Source of the DNA: Heptranchias perlo
Lineage: Eukaryota
Reading direction: 5' to 3'
DNA length: 64,000 nt
NCBI RefSeq assembly: GCF_035084215.1
Contig: NW_027138407.1
Location: forward strand, 992,001-1,056,000
Shown here: positions 12,080-25,639 of the stretch, piece by piece
Layout: each line of letters opens with the position of its first letter
Position numbering within the stretch: the stretch's first letter is position 1
The notes under the pieces: generated by a model
Databases searched by the model: none
Told to the model about the DNA's origin: nothing
The model's input: only the letters and a program-made list of their open reading frames with translations
Translations under genes and position numbers: made by a program

Positions 12080-12595
12080 GGTAGAAGTTGAGGAAGGCCT
12101 TCGAGAGGGTGCAGAAAAGATTTACTGGAATGGTCCCAGGGATGAGGGACCTCCGTTACGTGGATAGACTGGGGAATCTGGGGTTGTTCTCCTTGGAGCA
12201 GAAGAGCTTGAGAGGAGATTTGATGGAGGTGTTCAAAATCATGAGGGGTCTGGACAGAGTAGATAGAGATAAACTTTTTCCATTGGCGGAACGGTCGAGA
12301 ACAAGAGGACACAAATTTAAGGTGATTGGCAAAAGAACCAAAGGCGACATGAGGGAAAACGTTTTTACCCAGCAAGTAGTTATGATTTCAATGCACTGCC
12401 TGAAAGTGTGCTGCAGGCAGATTCAATTGCGGCGTTCAAAGGGAATTGGATAAGTAGTTGAAGGGAAAATATTGCAAGGCTGCGGGGAAAGGGCAGGGGA
12501 GTGGGACCAGCTGGATTGCTCTTGCAAAGATCTGGCACGAGCTCGACGGGCCGAATGGCTTCCTTCTGTGCTGTAACTATTCAATGATTCTATGA
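12080..12595 (+). mobile_element. CR1 LINE 3' fragment
   Basis: ERVQKRFTGMVPGMRDLRYVDRLGNLGLFSLEQKSLRGDLMEVFKIM...SRTRGHKFK. Confidence 0.9.
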
Positions 12596-13001
12596 CTCTA
12601 ACAGAGGCAGAGGTAGAGAGGGACAGATACAAAAAGGAAGAGAGAAATAATAAGAGTAGGAAATGGAAACAGAGACAGAAACATAAGAGAAGTGAGACTG
12701 TGTTGGAAAAAGAGATATCAAAAGAGTAGGAGACCCACTGGACAACAACTGGGCAACTTATTAACTGGCAGAAAAGGCGCCATCAACATAGTTTTAACAA
12801 TGTGCAGTTAGCGGCAATAATTAAAGTAAATCCTCATTACTTAACCTAACAGGAATATGTTTCGTAACAGAAAAATGGCACAGAAGATCTTCCTACAGCA
12901 TTTGTAAAGCAGGGCGAGTCTCGCCGCTCTCTCCCCACAGCCCCCCACTACCCTCGAGGCCAGGTTTTTGCACAGCCGTACAGCTCATTGCTGTCACAGT
13001 G

Positions 13002-13254
13002 AGTGCCTGGATCTCACAATAATAGACCATGGTGCCCGGCGCCTCCACCCTTCTGAGAGCCAAATAGCCTCGCTTTTCGGCAGTTTCGAGCATGATCTCC
13101 AATCACCCGACGATATCTTTGCCGCTCCTTGTGCTGATCATGACGCGCTCCAGCCGTCGATTCGGGCCCTCCCTGCAGTCAAATTGCGCCCGATGTCCCT
13201 GCTGGACTGTTTTGGAAACCGGCGACTGCAGCACTTCATCTGCACGGCAACCGT
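13002..13254 (-). pseudogene. TCR V pseudogene (CDR1/FR2 deleted, internal stop)
   Basis: DEVLQSPVSKTVQQGHRAQFDCR...G*LEIML...TMVYYCEIQAL; RSS CACTGTG-23-GCAAAAACC at 13001-12963. Confidence 0.8.
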
Positions 13255-13972
13255 CTGAGGAAACATAGGAAATATGATCAATAATGGTCTAATGATTATC
13301 GATAGAGAGTAAAAACCAATAGGTTGGGTATAATCACTGAAACACGCTGCAAATCAACAACAGTAAAGATGCAGACGCATAATAATAAGGATGAGATAGA
13401 ACTATAAACTTTTCAACGCAGCAGAAGGCTGCATCGTTTCAGCGCTGACTCTCGGAAAGAGTCACGTGCCCGTTCCCTTTCCGTGGCCTTCGATCCTTGG
13501 GACAATCAGCGCCTCGCGGGCCCTCTGAAAGCCCCTTCCACTGAGACTGATACCCCCGACTTTCAGCACGCTCTGTTATTAGTTCCATCTTTTATATATA
13601 TATATTTATCAGCATCCATCTTGGAAATTATTACGATGATCTGAATTTCACGCCCTCTTGTTACCGACATAACGCAGAATGAAAGGTTTTCCACAAATTC
13701 CTTTCTCACGACCTGTTACAACGTTCAACGCCTCTATCAGATCTCCTCTTAACCTACTTTGTTCCAATGAAAAGAGCAGCAGTTCGCCTTTTCTGTACTT
13801 ATAACTCGAACAGCTCAATCCTCGTGTTATTTCAAGAAATCTCTTTTACACCCCACCAATTACCGAATGTGATTATATAGATATGTAGGGTAGGATGTTT
13901 CATCGGCTTAGATGTGCATTTCTACTGTGCTCTATTTTTATTACGGATTTGACACATTCGCCCATTATTCCT

Positions 13973-14134
13973 NNNNNNNNNNNNNNNNNNNNNNNNNNNN
14001 NNNNNNNNNNNNNNNNNNNNNNNNNNNNNNNNNNNNNNNNNNNNNNNNNNNNNNNNNNNNNNNNNNNNNNNNNNNNNNNNNNNNNNNNNNNNNNNNNNNN
14101 NNNNNNNNNNNNNNNNNNNNNNNNNNNNNNNNNN
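13973..14134. other. Run of N (assembly gap or masked sequence)
   Basis: N run. Confidence 1.
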
Positions 14135-14885
14135 TATAAGAACATAAGAAATAGGAGCCCATCGAACCTGCTCCGTCATTCAATAAGATCATGGCTGATC
14201 TTCGACCTCAACTCCACTTTCCTGCCCGGTTCCCTATCCCGTGATTCCCTCAGAGTCCAAAAATCTATCGATCTCAGTCTTGAATGTACTCAACGACTCA
14301 GCAACCAAAGCCCTCTGGGATTGAGAATTCCAAAGACTCACAACCCTCAGTGAAGAAATGCCTCCTCATCTCAGTCTTAAATTTCCAGCCCCTTATCTTG
14401 AGACTATGCCCCCTTGTTCTACACTCTCTAGCCATGGGAAACAACCTCTCAGCATCTACCCTGTTAAGCCCCCTCAGAATGTTTTATGTTTCAATGAGAT
14501 CACCTCTCATTCTTCTAAACTCCAGAGAGTACAGGCCCATTCTACTCAGCCTCTCCTCAAGGGACAGCCCTCTCATCTCAGGGATCAATCTAGTGAACCT
14601 TCATTGAACCGCCTCTAAGGCAAGTATATCCTTCCTTAGATAAGGAGACCAAAACTATACACAGTGCTCCACATAAGGTCTCACTGAAGCCGTGTACAAT
14701 TATAGTAGGACTTCCTTACTCTTGTACACCACCCCCTTGTAATAAAGGCCAACATTCCATTTGTCTTCCTAATTGATTGCTGTACCTGCATGCTAACTTG
14801 TTGTGTTTCTGATACGAGGGCACCCAAATCTCTCTGAACACCAACATTTAATAATTTCTCACGATTTAAAAAAATCTGTTTTTCT
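14135..14885 (-). mobile_element. CR1 LINE 3' fragment
   Basis: (ataagaac)n tail on + followed by CR1 3' UTR and RT end in reverse. Confidence 0.85.
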
Positions 14886-14889
14886 TTAT

Positions 14890-15080
14890 TTCTATCTATC
14901 TATCTATCGATCTATGCATCATCCATTTCTCTGTCTTTCGATCTATCTATCTATCTATCTATGTATCTATCCATCTTCCGTCTGTCTGTCTGACTATCAA
15001 TCTGTCATCCGTCTGTCTGTCTGACTGTTAATCTGTCTATCTGTCTATCTATCTATCCATCTACCTATCATCCTCTCTAT
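14890..15080. repeat. TCTA/TCTG microsatellite
   Basis: Direct tetranucleotide repeats. Confidence 0.9.
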
Positions 15081-15177
15081 CGTTTGTGAAAGGGAGTACT
15101 TGTGCCTCACTGATTCAAATAGGGTACAGATAATAGTCTAACTCTATAGCGTAATCATAAGCGTATAAATTAAGAAA

Positions 15178-15300
15178 AGGAAAATGCTGAAATCTGAAAT
15201 AAAAACAGAGAATGCTAGAAAACACTCAACCGGTCGGGCAGCATCTGTAGAGAGAGAAACAGAATTAAAGTTTCAGTTCGATGAACTTTCATCAGAACTG
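15178..15300 (-). mobile_element. Penelope-like retroposon relic with a minimal hammerhead motif
   Basis: Minus strand: CTGATGA-a-agttc-atc-gaact-GAAA-ctttaa then ttctgtttctctctctacagatgctgcccgacc. Confidence 0.6.
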
Positions 15301-15410
15301 TAAACTAAGAATGCAGTTTGGGAATTAAGACGACCTCTGCATCTACTCCCACGGCTTCCTGCGCAGACAGGGGTTTATGTACAGCCACTGCCGTATCTCC
15401 TCTCACAGTG

Positions 15411-15846
15411 TCTTTCAACTGCGCAGTAATAGACGGCGGAATCTGCTGGCACCGAATCTGTAAGGCTAAACTGGCAGCGTTTATCAGATTTGGTGAGCTG
15501 AACTATAAACGGCCCCGTGCGACCTTTCCCGTTCGTCGACTTGCTTATTATCCAGTCTAGCCGTCCGTCTGATCGCTGTCTGTACCAGTGCAAACTGTAG
15601 AAGTTGGATACCGTGTAACTGCAGAGAATGTGTGCGGACCGCCCGACCTGAACTGTGCTGGACGGAGGAGATTGACGGACATCAGCGGCGTGGCCAAGGC
15701 CTGTTAAGATATTGAAATTGTAAAAGGACAATGGTATCAATCATTCCCAACCCCCACCGAGAGTGTATAGTGACTAACAATTACCTACACAATAAGGTGA
15801 TCGCAATCGCTGCTAACAGAACCATCCCCACAGTCCAGAAGTTCAT
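15411..15846 (-). CDS. TRAV/TRDV: TCR alpha/delta V segment, apparently functional (leader 15789-15846, V exon 15411-15700)
   Basis: MNFWTVGMVLLAAIAITLL|CLGHAADVRQSPPS...ILCSYTVSNFYSLHWYRQ...DSAVYYCAVER; RSS CACTGTG-23-ACATAAACC at 15410-15372. Confidence 0.92.
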
Positions 15847-18104
15847 TCAGTCTCAAGACGGATGAACGATCACTCGGTGTTTCTCTGTCCCCATAGGACA
15901 ATGCTGCCCTGATCTTTATCTGTGTGTGATACAATATCACTCTCTGATTATTTCTGACACCAGCGGAAACAGATTAAACCCCGCCCCTTCCATAGAAGCT
16001 CGACAACGCTGATTGGTCAATTTAGCAAGCAACTTGGGACAAATATTTATGTCTGTTCGCTATATGCAGCGAAATCCGCAACCCCTTCGTCCTGTACTGG
16101 TTGAGCAATTTGCTAAACCCTCGGGACAAAGTCGTTACTTACCCTTCATTTTTGTTTGAACATTGGATTCAATCTATTGCTTTATTGGGGGAGGGGGTGT
16201 TACGAGAACGCAGAGCTTTCAACCCCACAATGCCCCATCTCCCACTATCCTCTTCCTTCCTAAACACCAATCTCTTCCCCATTCACCAGCGAATTAGCTT
16301 CTGATTCCTCCATCCCCCTTTCCAATCGCAGCTCGTATCGCCACTTTATACTCCGTCAATCGTCACTCTGCATCCTCACCCTTTCTCACGCTGGTTTAAT
16401 GTTCGTTCCGGACTCTTTCCATTCTAGCTGCAATTTGCAGACATTATTTCCCTACTCCTTGAATATGCTCCACCTCGCCATCTCCTTCTCTGCTTTGAGA
16501 AGTGAGGCGAAATACACCTTTACTTCGACTGGACATTCGACCGTTCCACATCGTTATTGATGATATTTTTCGTTTTGTTTTGTAAATAGTTGTGATGCGA
16601 GGGCATTAACGGTAACGAGGGTGAAATACGGACATCTGTGGCCCTGGTGCACGGGACCCACAAACTGGCCTAAATTTTACCGTGATTACAGACGGAAATT
16701 TTCAATAGACTAAAGCAGGATTGAGGAAATCTAATTCACCAAGCATGACACGTTCTGTGCGTGTTAAGCTCTGCATTGTAAATGAAGAATAAAGTTTGAT
16801 ATGTGTCTAAAATTGAGAGTAGCGGTGTATAGGGTGTGGTCCCAAGGGAATATAAGTTTCTTCACGGTTACAGGCAAAAATACCAATAACAATATCAATA
16901 CATTACGAATAACAATAGCTATAATAATACCAATAACACCAATATCAAATGTAATAATAATAATAATGGAAGAAGAAAAACAAGAAGAAATTGTAGAACG
17001 TATTGGAATGTTATGCCAATTTGTAATATAAATTAGTTGGAAGATGACTCGAAAATCGACGCATAGCCCTGCCCCCTTGAAGTGGTGGGTAAAGCGGAAT
17101 ACATCCTTGGGCAACAGTGCCACCTTCAGGTCGTAAACTAGGTTTTGTAAATGAGTGTCAATTGAATTGTGCATACATGTTGGACGTATTAGTGATGGGG
17201 AAATTAGTTGACAAAATGACGTCATACCAGCCCCTTATTTACTTATGCTCCAATATCCCAAGCATTAAGGTCAGGGTTAGGGCTATGCTGTCAAGGTGTT
17301 TTATATTGGTTACATTTGACAATAATTGAGTGAAATTTCTTCTGGTCCCTATCAACTCTTATCTCTACCACAAGCACAGTGGGAACATTTTCTATAACGG
17401 GTTGCCAATCGGCCCCCCGTGATAGAAACCGCCTGATTTTCCTTTCAATTGATTGCATCCAGTTTACGCCGGGCCAGCAAGTTGGGATTTTAGCCCAAGG
17501 TTTGGTGATCGTGTGTTTTTTGCCACCAGGTGATGCAAAATTTGGAGTTGGTGACGATGGGATCACGAGAGGACACAGGGAGCGAGCTGGTGTACAGATT
17601 CAGTCATTCATCATTCTGAACAAGGATATATTGTACCGCATGAAATCGGGACCTATTCCACACTGATCCATTTCTTCATTAAGCAAAATCCTGAAACGCC
17701 CTTTTACAGTTTCGTCATTATATGCTGGTTGGTGGTTCGGAGATTCTCTGTATTAAACATGCTGTCCCCAGCTTTTAACGTGGTATTGCACTGAAATTGA
17801 GCCTTTCCCCGGTAGGTGTTAACAGCGGAAGGAATTGAGATATCTTTGTTTCACACAAAAAGCCAGAGAATGCAAAAATGAGAAGGTTTAGCGGCAGAAA
17901 ATAATTATAATGCGACATAACAGCAGATGAATGGAACGTGAATAAAAATAAGAACGGCAAGAAAGAAAGACAGAAAGAAAGAAAGAGAGAAAAAGAAAGG
18001 ATGAAACAGCTCAACGAAACTGATGTTTAATTCGTCTTTTTAAACAGGTGTCAAAATAATATCAAGCCAGTCCTTCAAACGGTCCGACTCTAATATCTCA
18101 ATTC

Positions 18105-18930
18105 AAGAGAATGGGAGTGTAATTGGCAAATGAATTTCAATATCGATATCTGTGAGGTGGTGCATTTTGGTCGGAAGAATTAGGAGACCACATACTGCTT
18201 GGAAAATGAAAGGCTAAATGGGATGGAGGAGCAGAGGGATCTCGGGGTACACAAATCATTTAAAATAGCGTCGCAGTTTGGTAAGGCCATATAAAGGCAA
18301 ACCAAACACTGGAGTTCATTTCTAGAGGGATAGAATTGAAAAACAGAGAAGTTATATTCAACTTGTATAGAAGCTTTGTTAGACCACACTTGGAGTAATG
18401 TGCACAGTTCTGGTCACCATATTATAAAAAGGAAATAGAGGCATTGGGAAGGTGCAAAATAGATTCACAAGGAGGATACCAGAACTGAGAGGATATACTT
18501 AACAGGAAAGGCTCAACAGGCAGGGGATCCTTTCTCTAGAAAAAGGAAGGCTGAGAGGTGAACTGATAGAAACATTTAAGATAATAAAATGATCTGATAG
18601 GGTAGGCGTAAAGAAAATGTTTCCACTAGCGGGGGAGTCCAAAACTAGAAGTCATCAATATAAGATAGTCACTAATAAATCCAATAGGTTATTCAAGAGA
18701 AATTTCTTTAATCAGAGACTGGGAAGAATGTGGAACGCGCTATCAGAGGGAGTCATTGAGGCAAAAAGCATTGATGCATTGAAGGGGAATTTAGATCAGC
18801 ACGTGAGGCAGAAAGGAATAGAAGGATATGCTGATAAGGTATGATCAAGAAGAGAGGGAGGTGGCTCGTGTGGAGCATTAACGCCGGCATACACCTGTTG
18901 GGCCGAATGGCCTGTTTCTGTGCTGTAAAT
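18105..18930 (+). mobile_element. CR1 LINE 3' fragment
   Basis: Decayed RT end (MFPLAGESKTRSHQYKI...FFNQRLGRMWNAL) and CR1 tail. Confidence 0.85.
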
Positions 18931-19363
18931 AACTTAAAGCATCGGACCGTCTTTCACTTTCATTTCCTTGGAGGATAATGGTGGGCGATTTCATCTGGTC
19001 AATATAATTATTTAAGGACATGATACCCAGAGCGGGAAGATTGCTCCTGATTGGAATGTCCAATGATGTTTCATGAGTTTAAGAACGGATATTTTGATAA
19101 CACAAACAGCAAATGTGAGAATTTGCAGTGCCCCGCTATCGTTATCTCTGAGACAACGTCACGAGAGGAACATTTCAGCCAAAATTCCTCCATTTGATCC
19201 ACGTGTGAAAATTCCCTTAAAGCGCCCCGGATGAAGGAAGAACTGTTTACTAAGCGACCGATATGTGTTGCTTTTGGGTAGCGGTTTGACTGTGATCCAA
19301 TCCACCAAGACTTTGCTCAGAGAGGAGTTTTGCACAAAAGCTGCGTCTTTGCTCCACACCGTG

Positions 19364-19520
19364 GCTCAAGGCACAGCAATAGATTCCTGTATCCGCCAAC
19401 TTTGCCTGATCAATGCCGAGTGTGCTCAAACTTTGATCGCGGTCGGGTGTACATCTTCAACCGGTCTTGGTGACCCTCTCCTTTCGCACGTTCAGAATCA
19501 CACCGAGGACATCACCACTT
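19364..19520 (-). pseudogene. Decayed TCR V pseudogene (3' part)
   Basis: STLGIDQAKLADTGIYCCALS then CACGGTG-23-GCAAAACTC (19363-19325); the 5' part is not readable. Confidence 0.65.
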
Positions 19521-20877
19521 TACAGATGCACACAGTTGTAATCGTCCATAGCGATTGGTGTCCGTTCACTCTGGTCGAGGAATCGGGTCCGTGCATTGGT
19601 TTCGCAGCAATCCTTTCACTCCTGGGACTCTGTGTTCAAATCTAGCCGAGACAAAGGGGATGGGACTCTTCCTTTCTTGTGGGCGACTGGTGTGTGAAGT
19701 GCGTCAGACAGATTACCTTATAAGGCACTCGGCTGTACCGAATACCAGGGAGAAATGGATATTAGCGGTCCCGTTAAGAGGACTCACCCGCCCAAGAGAG
19801 AAAAATAAAGCAGACAATTATGACAGATGAAATTTAATCTTGAAAAGTGTAAAGTATTGTACATAAGAAGGGAAAGTAGGCAAAATACATATTCACCAGT
19901 TATGTTGAAAGCGCCGACGATTAATTTGAAAGAGGGCGGGGAGTCTAAAGGTCCTAAACCTACAGGAAATGCAGTGCAGCGCAGTGGGATACTCGCCAGG
20001 GTCTGGGAACACTTTACAGTGGATGTTCGCATTGACATGGTTAAACGGATTTAATATTTGTTGACACCGTTTGTTTAACTGCAACATTCAGCTGATTAAC
20101 ATATGTACAATGTAAGAAAATAGCTTTCATAAGAATGTACCTTTTGGATATTCTATAATTCTGATTCACGATAAGAACCGTGTTATCCCCAGGCTCACAA
20201 AAGGAATCAGCTACAAAAATCTTCATCACTGTGCTGGGATAAAACTATGATGTAAGCAGATATTGGAAAATGTAATAAAATCCCAGCCTATTCTGAAGTT
20301 AATTGTAATTAGTAATGATGACGTTCTTTAATTCTAAATAGTGTCAACTGAAGGTGACCAGTTCGTTTACAGTCAGCTAATATGTGAAATTATTGAATTG
20401 TAAGGAAGTGATACATATTAATGAGCCAAATCTGAGAGTTGAAAAATAATTTCTAGTTAATTCATATTAAAACAAACGTTAGCCGGTATTGGTTGATGCA
20501 ACGTGACCGGCTGTGGGAAACAGCGGTCTGTCATCGCCACCTGGTGGCCGGGGTTAAAGTATTTTCATTGAACTGCTCTCAGAACATTGCTCTCTGTTTG
20601 TGTTCTCTCCCTTTCCATTTCCTGGCTGATTCAGGATGACGCGCTGAAGCTGCGGTGCATGCGTTCTCATCACACACCCCACCCCCGACCCGCCCCACCC
20701 CCTCATCGCTGCTGAGCCTGGATCTCCCCTCACAGGTTCACTCTGTAAGTCACAGAGGCCAGTGTGTGACCGGCGCAGTGTCGTGGTCTTGGGCTCAGAT
20801 TAGTACTGCCTTGTCCTGGAGTCCCTTTGGGCCTGGATCTGCCGACACTTACTTTACACAAGTCGATAGGATCCGAA

Positions 20878-21369
20878 ATGAAGCTGAGCTTCACTTTAGT
20901 GTTTATCTCTCTGGGCGTTTTACTCTCCCCTCCATGTGAGTATGGTAATAATCTCTAGCTGTTCAGGAATATTTTGTACCATATTCATTTACATATATTT
21001 ATAAATATATGATATTAATTAGATGATATTATGTTGTATTATGTAATATTATATTGTATTATAATGTATTATATCATATCTACATATGGTTCGCAGATGC
21101 TACTGGCAGTGCCGAAGTAACGCAGTCTCCCGAGTGGATGGTTGTTACCGAAGGAAAGACTGCATCGTTGAACTGTGTCACGACAGTCACAGGACAGCTC
21201 TTACGTTGGTACAGACAATACCCGAACCGAACCGTGCAGCACCTGGCGACCGGTACGAGCGAACAGAACAGGATTAAGGCTCGGTTCAGTTCAGCAGAGA
21301 AGCGCGGTGCTCTGACTGTGAGCGGCGCTCGAATGACAGATACCGCCACCTATTTCTGCACGGTGGAGA
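20878..21369 (+). CDS. TRAV/TRDV: TCR alpha-type V segment with short CDR2, apparently functional (leader 20878-20935, V exon 21097-21369)
   Basis: MKLSFTLVFISLGVLLSPP|YATGSAEVTQSPEWMVVTEGKTASLNC...WYRQYP...DTATYFCTVE; RSS CACAATG-23-ACAAAAACT at 21370-21408. Confidence 0.93.
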
Positions 21370-21594
21370 CACAATGCAGCAAAGATCGGTAGAGACCGTA
21401 CAAAAACTTGCCGGGAGGTGCTGGGCGCTTCCATGCTGTCCCGTTGCCAAAGCGCTGGGCGTTTTATAACACTGTAGCTGGGAAACACCCTTCAGTTTCC
21501 CAGTAAGTGAAGCTGCCTCTGATCTGAGTTCTCTATAATATCAGGCTAGGAGGGTCAATTCCGCTATTTTCTGCCGAACTCCAAACCGGACACC

Positions 21595-21975
21595 ATGTGC
21601 ACCTTGTGTTCCTTACTGATAATAATTGTGGGACTGCCCTGCGAGTCTATGCTTAAATAGTCATTGTATGTTTCATGGGTTATATTTACGAACATATTTT
21701 TGACACATTCTGCATTTTGTTACAGGAACGAATGGCGAAGATTCAGTGTCACAGGATCTGTCCGAACTAATGGTTCAAGAAGGACAAGACCATAATACTG
21801 AACTGTGGCTTGTCGACAAGAAACACTGCCCCGACTTTCTTCTGGTACATCCAGTATCCCGAGGAAGCCCCGAGATAATCACTGAGCAGATACGGCTCGG
21901 GGAAGCAGATCAATCTCCAGATTTCCCAGACCGATTCTCTGCTGATTTGGACAATGACAAGAATACAATTCTTTG
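21595..21975 (+). pseudogene. TCR V pseudogene, 3'-truncated paralog of the V at 34545
   Basis: Leader MCTLCSLLIIIVGLP with GC donor; SPDFPDRFSADLD; frameshift; no YYC or RSS. Confidence 0.85.
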
Positions 21976-22118
21976 ATATCGATACCAGACAGTCTTTGGT
22001 CTTCGTGGGTTTGGGGTTAAACTATCCCGACAGATAAAAGCACCAAAGATCATTTAATGAAGCTATAAATACTCGCCAACATTTTTGTACAAGGCCTTTG
22101 CTTTTATCTGACGCTGTG

Positions 22119-22387
22119 CGTCACTGCACAGTAATAGACCGCCCCGTCCTCCACACTCAAGCCGCTTATATTGAGGTAACCGTACTTTTTAGACATATCA
22201 AAAGCCGCCATACATTGTCCTGAGATTTAGTCTCCCTTCAATCCTGCTGCTTTACTAATTATCAAGCTTGGAGCCTGTGCCGGTTTCTGCACGGTGTAAA
22301 TGTCCAGAGTTTTATAACTGCACCGAACCCCCTTCTGAAATGGCCATTGTCAACGGGAACTGAATTACTGGATCGCACATTGTCCGC
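22119..22387 (-). pseudogene. TCR V pseudogene (paralog of 47205-47508)
   Basis: KYGYLNISGLSVEDGAVYYCAVT; stops and deletion in FR1-FR2; RSS CACAGCG-23-ACAAAAATG at 22118-22080. Confidence 0.85.
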
Positions 22388-22699
22388 CTATAAAGATAGA
22401 GAACAAAAAGAATAGAAGGTTAAACAAGATCTATCTAAACTTGTGTCTCTCTGTGTGAGTGCATGTCACCTTTCATCCACCCAGCTGTCCATCATATGGA
22501 TATTACTGATTGTTAATCGCACTAAATCCCTGCAGAAGCTCTTTGCATCAATCGGCTAATCCGTGTTCTTTAACATAATACATTACTTACTGTCCTACAT
22601 GGCCGCTTATATGGTTAGAAACACACCTGACTGGATCCCTCACTGTGACTGGGAATTGAGTGACGAAGACACTGGGAAGGAGGGAGGTAACCCTGTTCA

Positions 22700-22985
22700 C
22701 GAGCACCATCAAAATAAGAAAGTCCCTAATAAATCAAGCATGGAATCCAGGAAAAAACTTCTTTACCCAGAGAGTGGTTAGAATGTGGAGCTCGCTGCCG
22801 CAAGGAGTAGAGGCGAATAGCATAGATATGTTTAAGGGGAAACTAGATAAGTACATGAGAGAGAAAATAATAGAAGGATATGCTGATGGGGTTAGATGAA
22901 GAAGGGTGGGAGGTGGTTCGTGTGGACCATAAACAATGGCATGGCTCTTTTGGGGCGAATGGCCGACTTCTGTGCTGAACATAAG
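22700..22985 (+). mobile_element. CR1 3' end fragment
   Basis: FFTQRVVRMWSSLPQGVEANSIDMFKGKLDKYM plus tail. Confidence 0.85.
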
Positions 22986-23408
22986 ATGTAATTCTATGAA
23001 ATCCTGTTTCTCTATCTGTTTTTCTCTCTCTCCGTTTCTCTGTCCGACTCCCTCTCTGTCTGTCTCTGTCTGACTTTCTCTATGTCCACCTATGTTTCCC
23101 TCTCTGTGTCTCTCTCTCTCATTCTAATCTACTTTCCTGTTCCATTTTCGCGCACTAACCTTAACTTTAGAATGTCAAAAGATGCATTTCTACATTTTTT
23201 AGTTCAGATTCCGACATTCTGAAATGTCATTTTACTTCTGCCATCTTTTTCTCCGGATACAAACCCACAGCCGGAAATTGTCTGTATCTGATTCTCGTCC
23301 TGTCAGTAATGAAGTCTCACTGTACATAAATTGAACTCCCTTCACGCAGGCAATGCTACTATCCAGCGAGAGTTTCTGTACGGCACCTATATCAGTTGCA
23401 GCACTGTG

Positions 23409-24430
23409 ATCTCCAGCACACAATATTACACCGCACTGTCACCCAGCTGTAAATCTGTCAGGGTTAAACTGAAGAAACGATTGGATGCTCGGAGGGTAGA
23501 AGAGAATCGGCCTCCCACACGGTCTGTTTTCTGTTCTTCTCCCGCAGGACTACTTTTGATTAAAAACACCGGCGCCTCCCCCTTTCTTTGTCGATACCAG
23601 AACAGATCATATTGGTGGCTGTCCGTGGAGTATGAACAGGGCGATACCATGCGTTCATTCTCCAAGCATGGTACTGACGCTGTTGGTTGATTGATTGTAT
23701 TCAAATGACACAGCGCTGCAAATGGTAAATAAACAGAAAACAAATAGAGGCTCAGATACTGGAGACACCAATATCCGCTCACTCGCTTTCTTACTCTGTC
23801 CGAGCAAATGATCAATTAAATCAANNNNNNNNNNNNNNNNNNNNNNNNNNNNNNNNNNNNNNNNNNNNNNNNNNNNNNNNNNNNNNNNNNNNNNNNNNNN
23901 NNNNNNNNNNNNNNNNNNNNNNNNNNNNNNNNNNNNNNNNNNNNNNNNNNNNNNNNNNNNNNNNNNNNNNNNNNNNNNNNNNNNNNNNNNNNNNNNNNNN
24001 NNNNNTCGTCCTTCTGTCCATCCATCTGTCAATCCGTCCATCCGTCCTTCCATCCATCCAGCCATCCACCATCCATCCGTCCGTCCGTCCATCCATCCAT
24101 CGGCCTGTCGATCCATCCACTTATCCATCCTTCAGTCCGTCCATCCGTCCATCNNNNNNNNNNNNNNNNNNNNNNNNNNNNNNNNNNNNNNNNNNNNNNN
24201 NNNNNNNNNNNNNNNNNNNNNNNNNNNNNNNNNNNNNNNNNNNNNNNNNNNNNNNNNNNNNNNNNNNNNNNNNNNNNNNNNNNNNNNNNNNNNNNNNNNN
24301 NNNNNNNNNNNNNNNNNATCCCTCCATCCTTCCGTCCATAATGCAAATATTTAGCTCCAAACATGTATTTTAACGACTCACCCATTTTCAGAACAAGAAT
24401 TACAACTAAAGCCCCGTAATCCTTTGACAT
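23409..24430 (-). pseudogene. TCR V pseudogene with a single premature stop (leader 24382-24430, V exon 23409-23715)
   Basis: MSKDYGALVVILVLKM|...PCSYSTDSHQYDLFWYRQ...LQLGDSAV*YCVLEI; RSS CACAGTG-22-ACAGAAACT at 23408-23371; the intron holds a (TCCA)n repeat and two N gaps (23825-24005, 24154-24317). Confidence 0.88.
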
Positions 24431-25639
24431 TTTGGCCGTTCTTTCCCTGAGAATCAGATTCTCTTCCCTACTTTGAACTTCACTAGAAGGCGAACTGGAA
24501 GCGAACTTTTGCCATCTTCGTCAAGGTCCCGCTATCTTGAAACGACATTCTGTGCGGTTAGAACGGCCATCTGGTACGATCGATCACTATCTCCCTTTCA
24601 TTGAAAAGGAACTCAGGCTGAATTTGCTGTTATGAATAAAACAGGAAGTAAAACGACCGAAATGCATCCATAGCGAAACTGCCCTGCGTGATGAGGTTAT
24701 AAGTGCGGCCGGTGAAACTGCAGGATGGGATTCCAGCTTACTAATTAAGTAAAGCATCAGCTTCGGAGTGCTCGTTCCCCATATTGTAGCGGAGGTGCTA
24801 ATCCATTTACTTGAAGCGAATTAACCCCTTAGCTGAGATAGCGGAGAAAGGAATTTCAGACCCAACTTTTAAGCAATGTTACACAAAGCTCTCAGTGTGG
24901 TAATTCTAAAGCCCTTGAGGTAATGCGGCGGTGCCTACAGGACTCCCAATGCGATAGTCACAACGATGTGAGATTCCGCACCAGTGATGGACTCGCGTCT
25001 CCTGGCTGCTCTGTGCTCCTGGGTCAGGTCGCTTCCGAGTTAACCTCAACTCTAAGGCCCTTGGAATTTACGTCTATGAATTTGCATGAGAGAATGACCG
25101 TAACAGACAGGTAATAAACACAACAGAAGGTCAAATATTGGAAAATTAGGAGTAAAACTTCCGCGGGATTTCCGCTGAAATTCCACCAACCTTACGGCGT
25201 GTGATCGGGAGAACAGCCGACGGAATGACTGACGTTAATCTTTGGGCACTGAGGGCACATAACGGTCTCTTTATTGTTTCACCGTAATTGACCGGTTATG
25301 CTCAATCTTCATCTTGTTGATGTCATTGAGTTCACTCGGTGCAACTATGTAGTTGCTTCCGGGAATCACCTGGCTGTACTTGGGCTGCCGGAGCGGAGCA
25401 TAGCAGACATCGTGTGATCCCGCGGAAGTGCGGTGTAAACGGGCGCGGCCTTTGCTTTTCTGCGCTGTGGACACTTTCAAACCCCGAAACCCCGAGGCTG
25501 TGATCGGAGCCGGAAGGGAGCTTCTAACAACCGTCCAACAGCTGTCGTTGGAAGGCTCCGGAAGGAAACAAGTCTGCAACACAGCAGCAACGTATAACAT
25601 CTTAAAATGGATAATATTATGAATGATAATAAAAAGGAA

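Noticed and set aside
13895-14353. ORFs spanning N runs (also 23655-24430)
   Set aside because: Artefacts of gaps and TGGA/TCTA microsatellites; only the leader at 24382-24430 is real.
16764-17225. Hydrophobic Ile-rich ORF
   Set aside because: Derived from (AAT)n low-complexity sequence.
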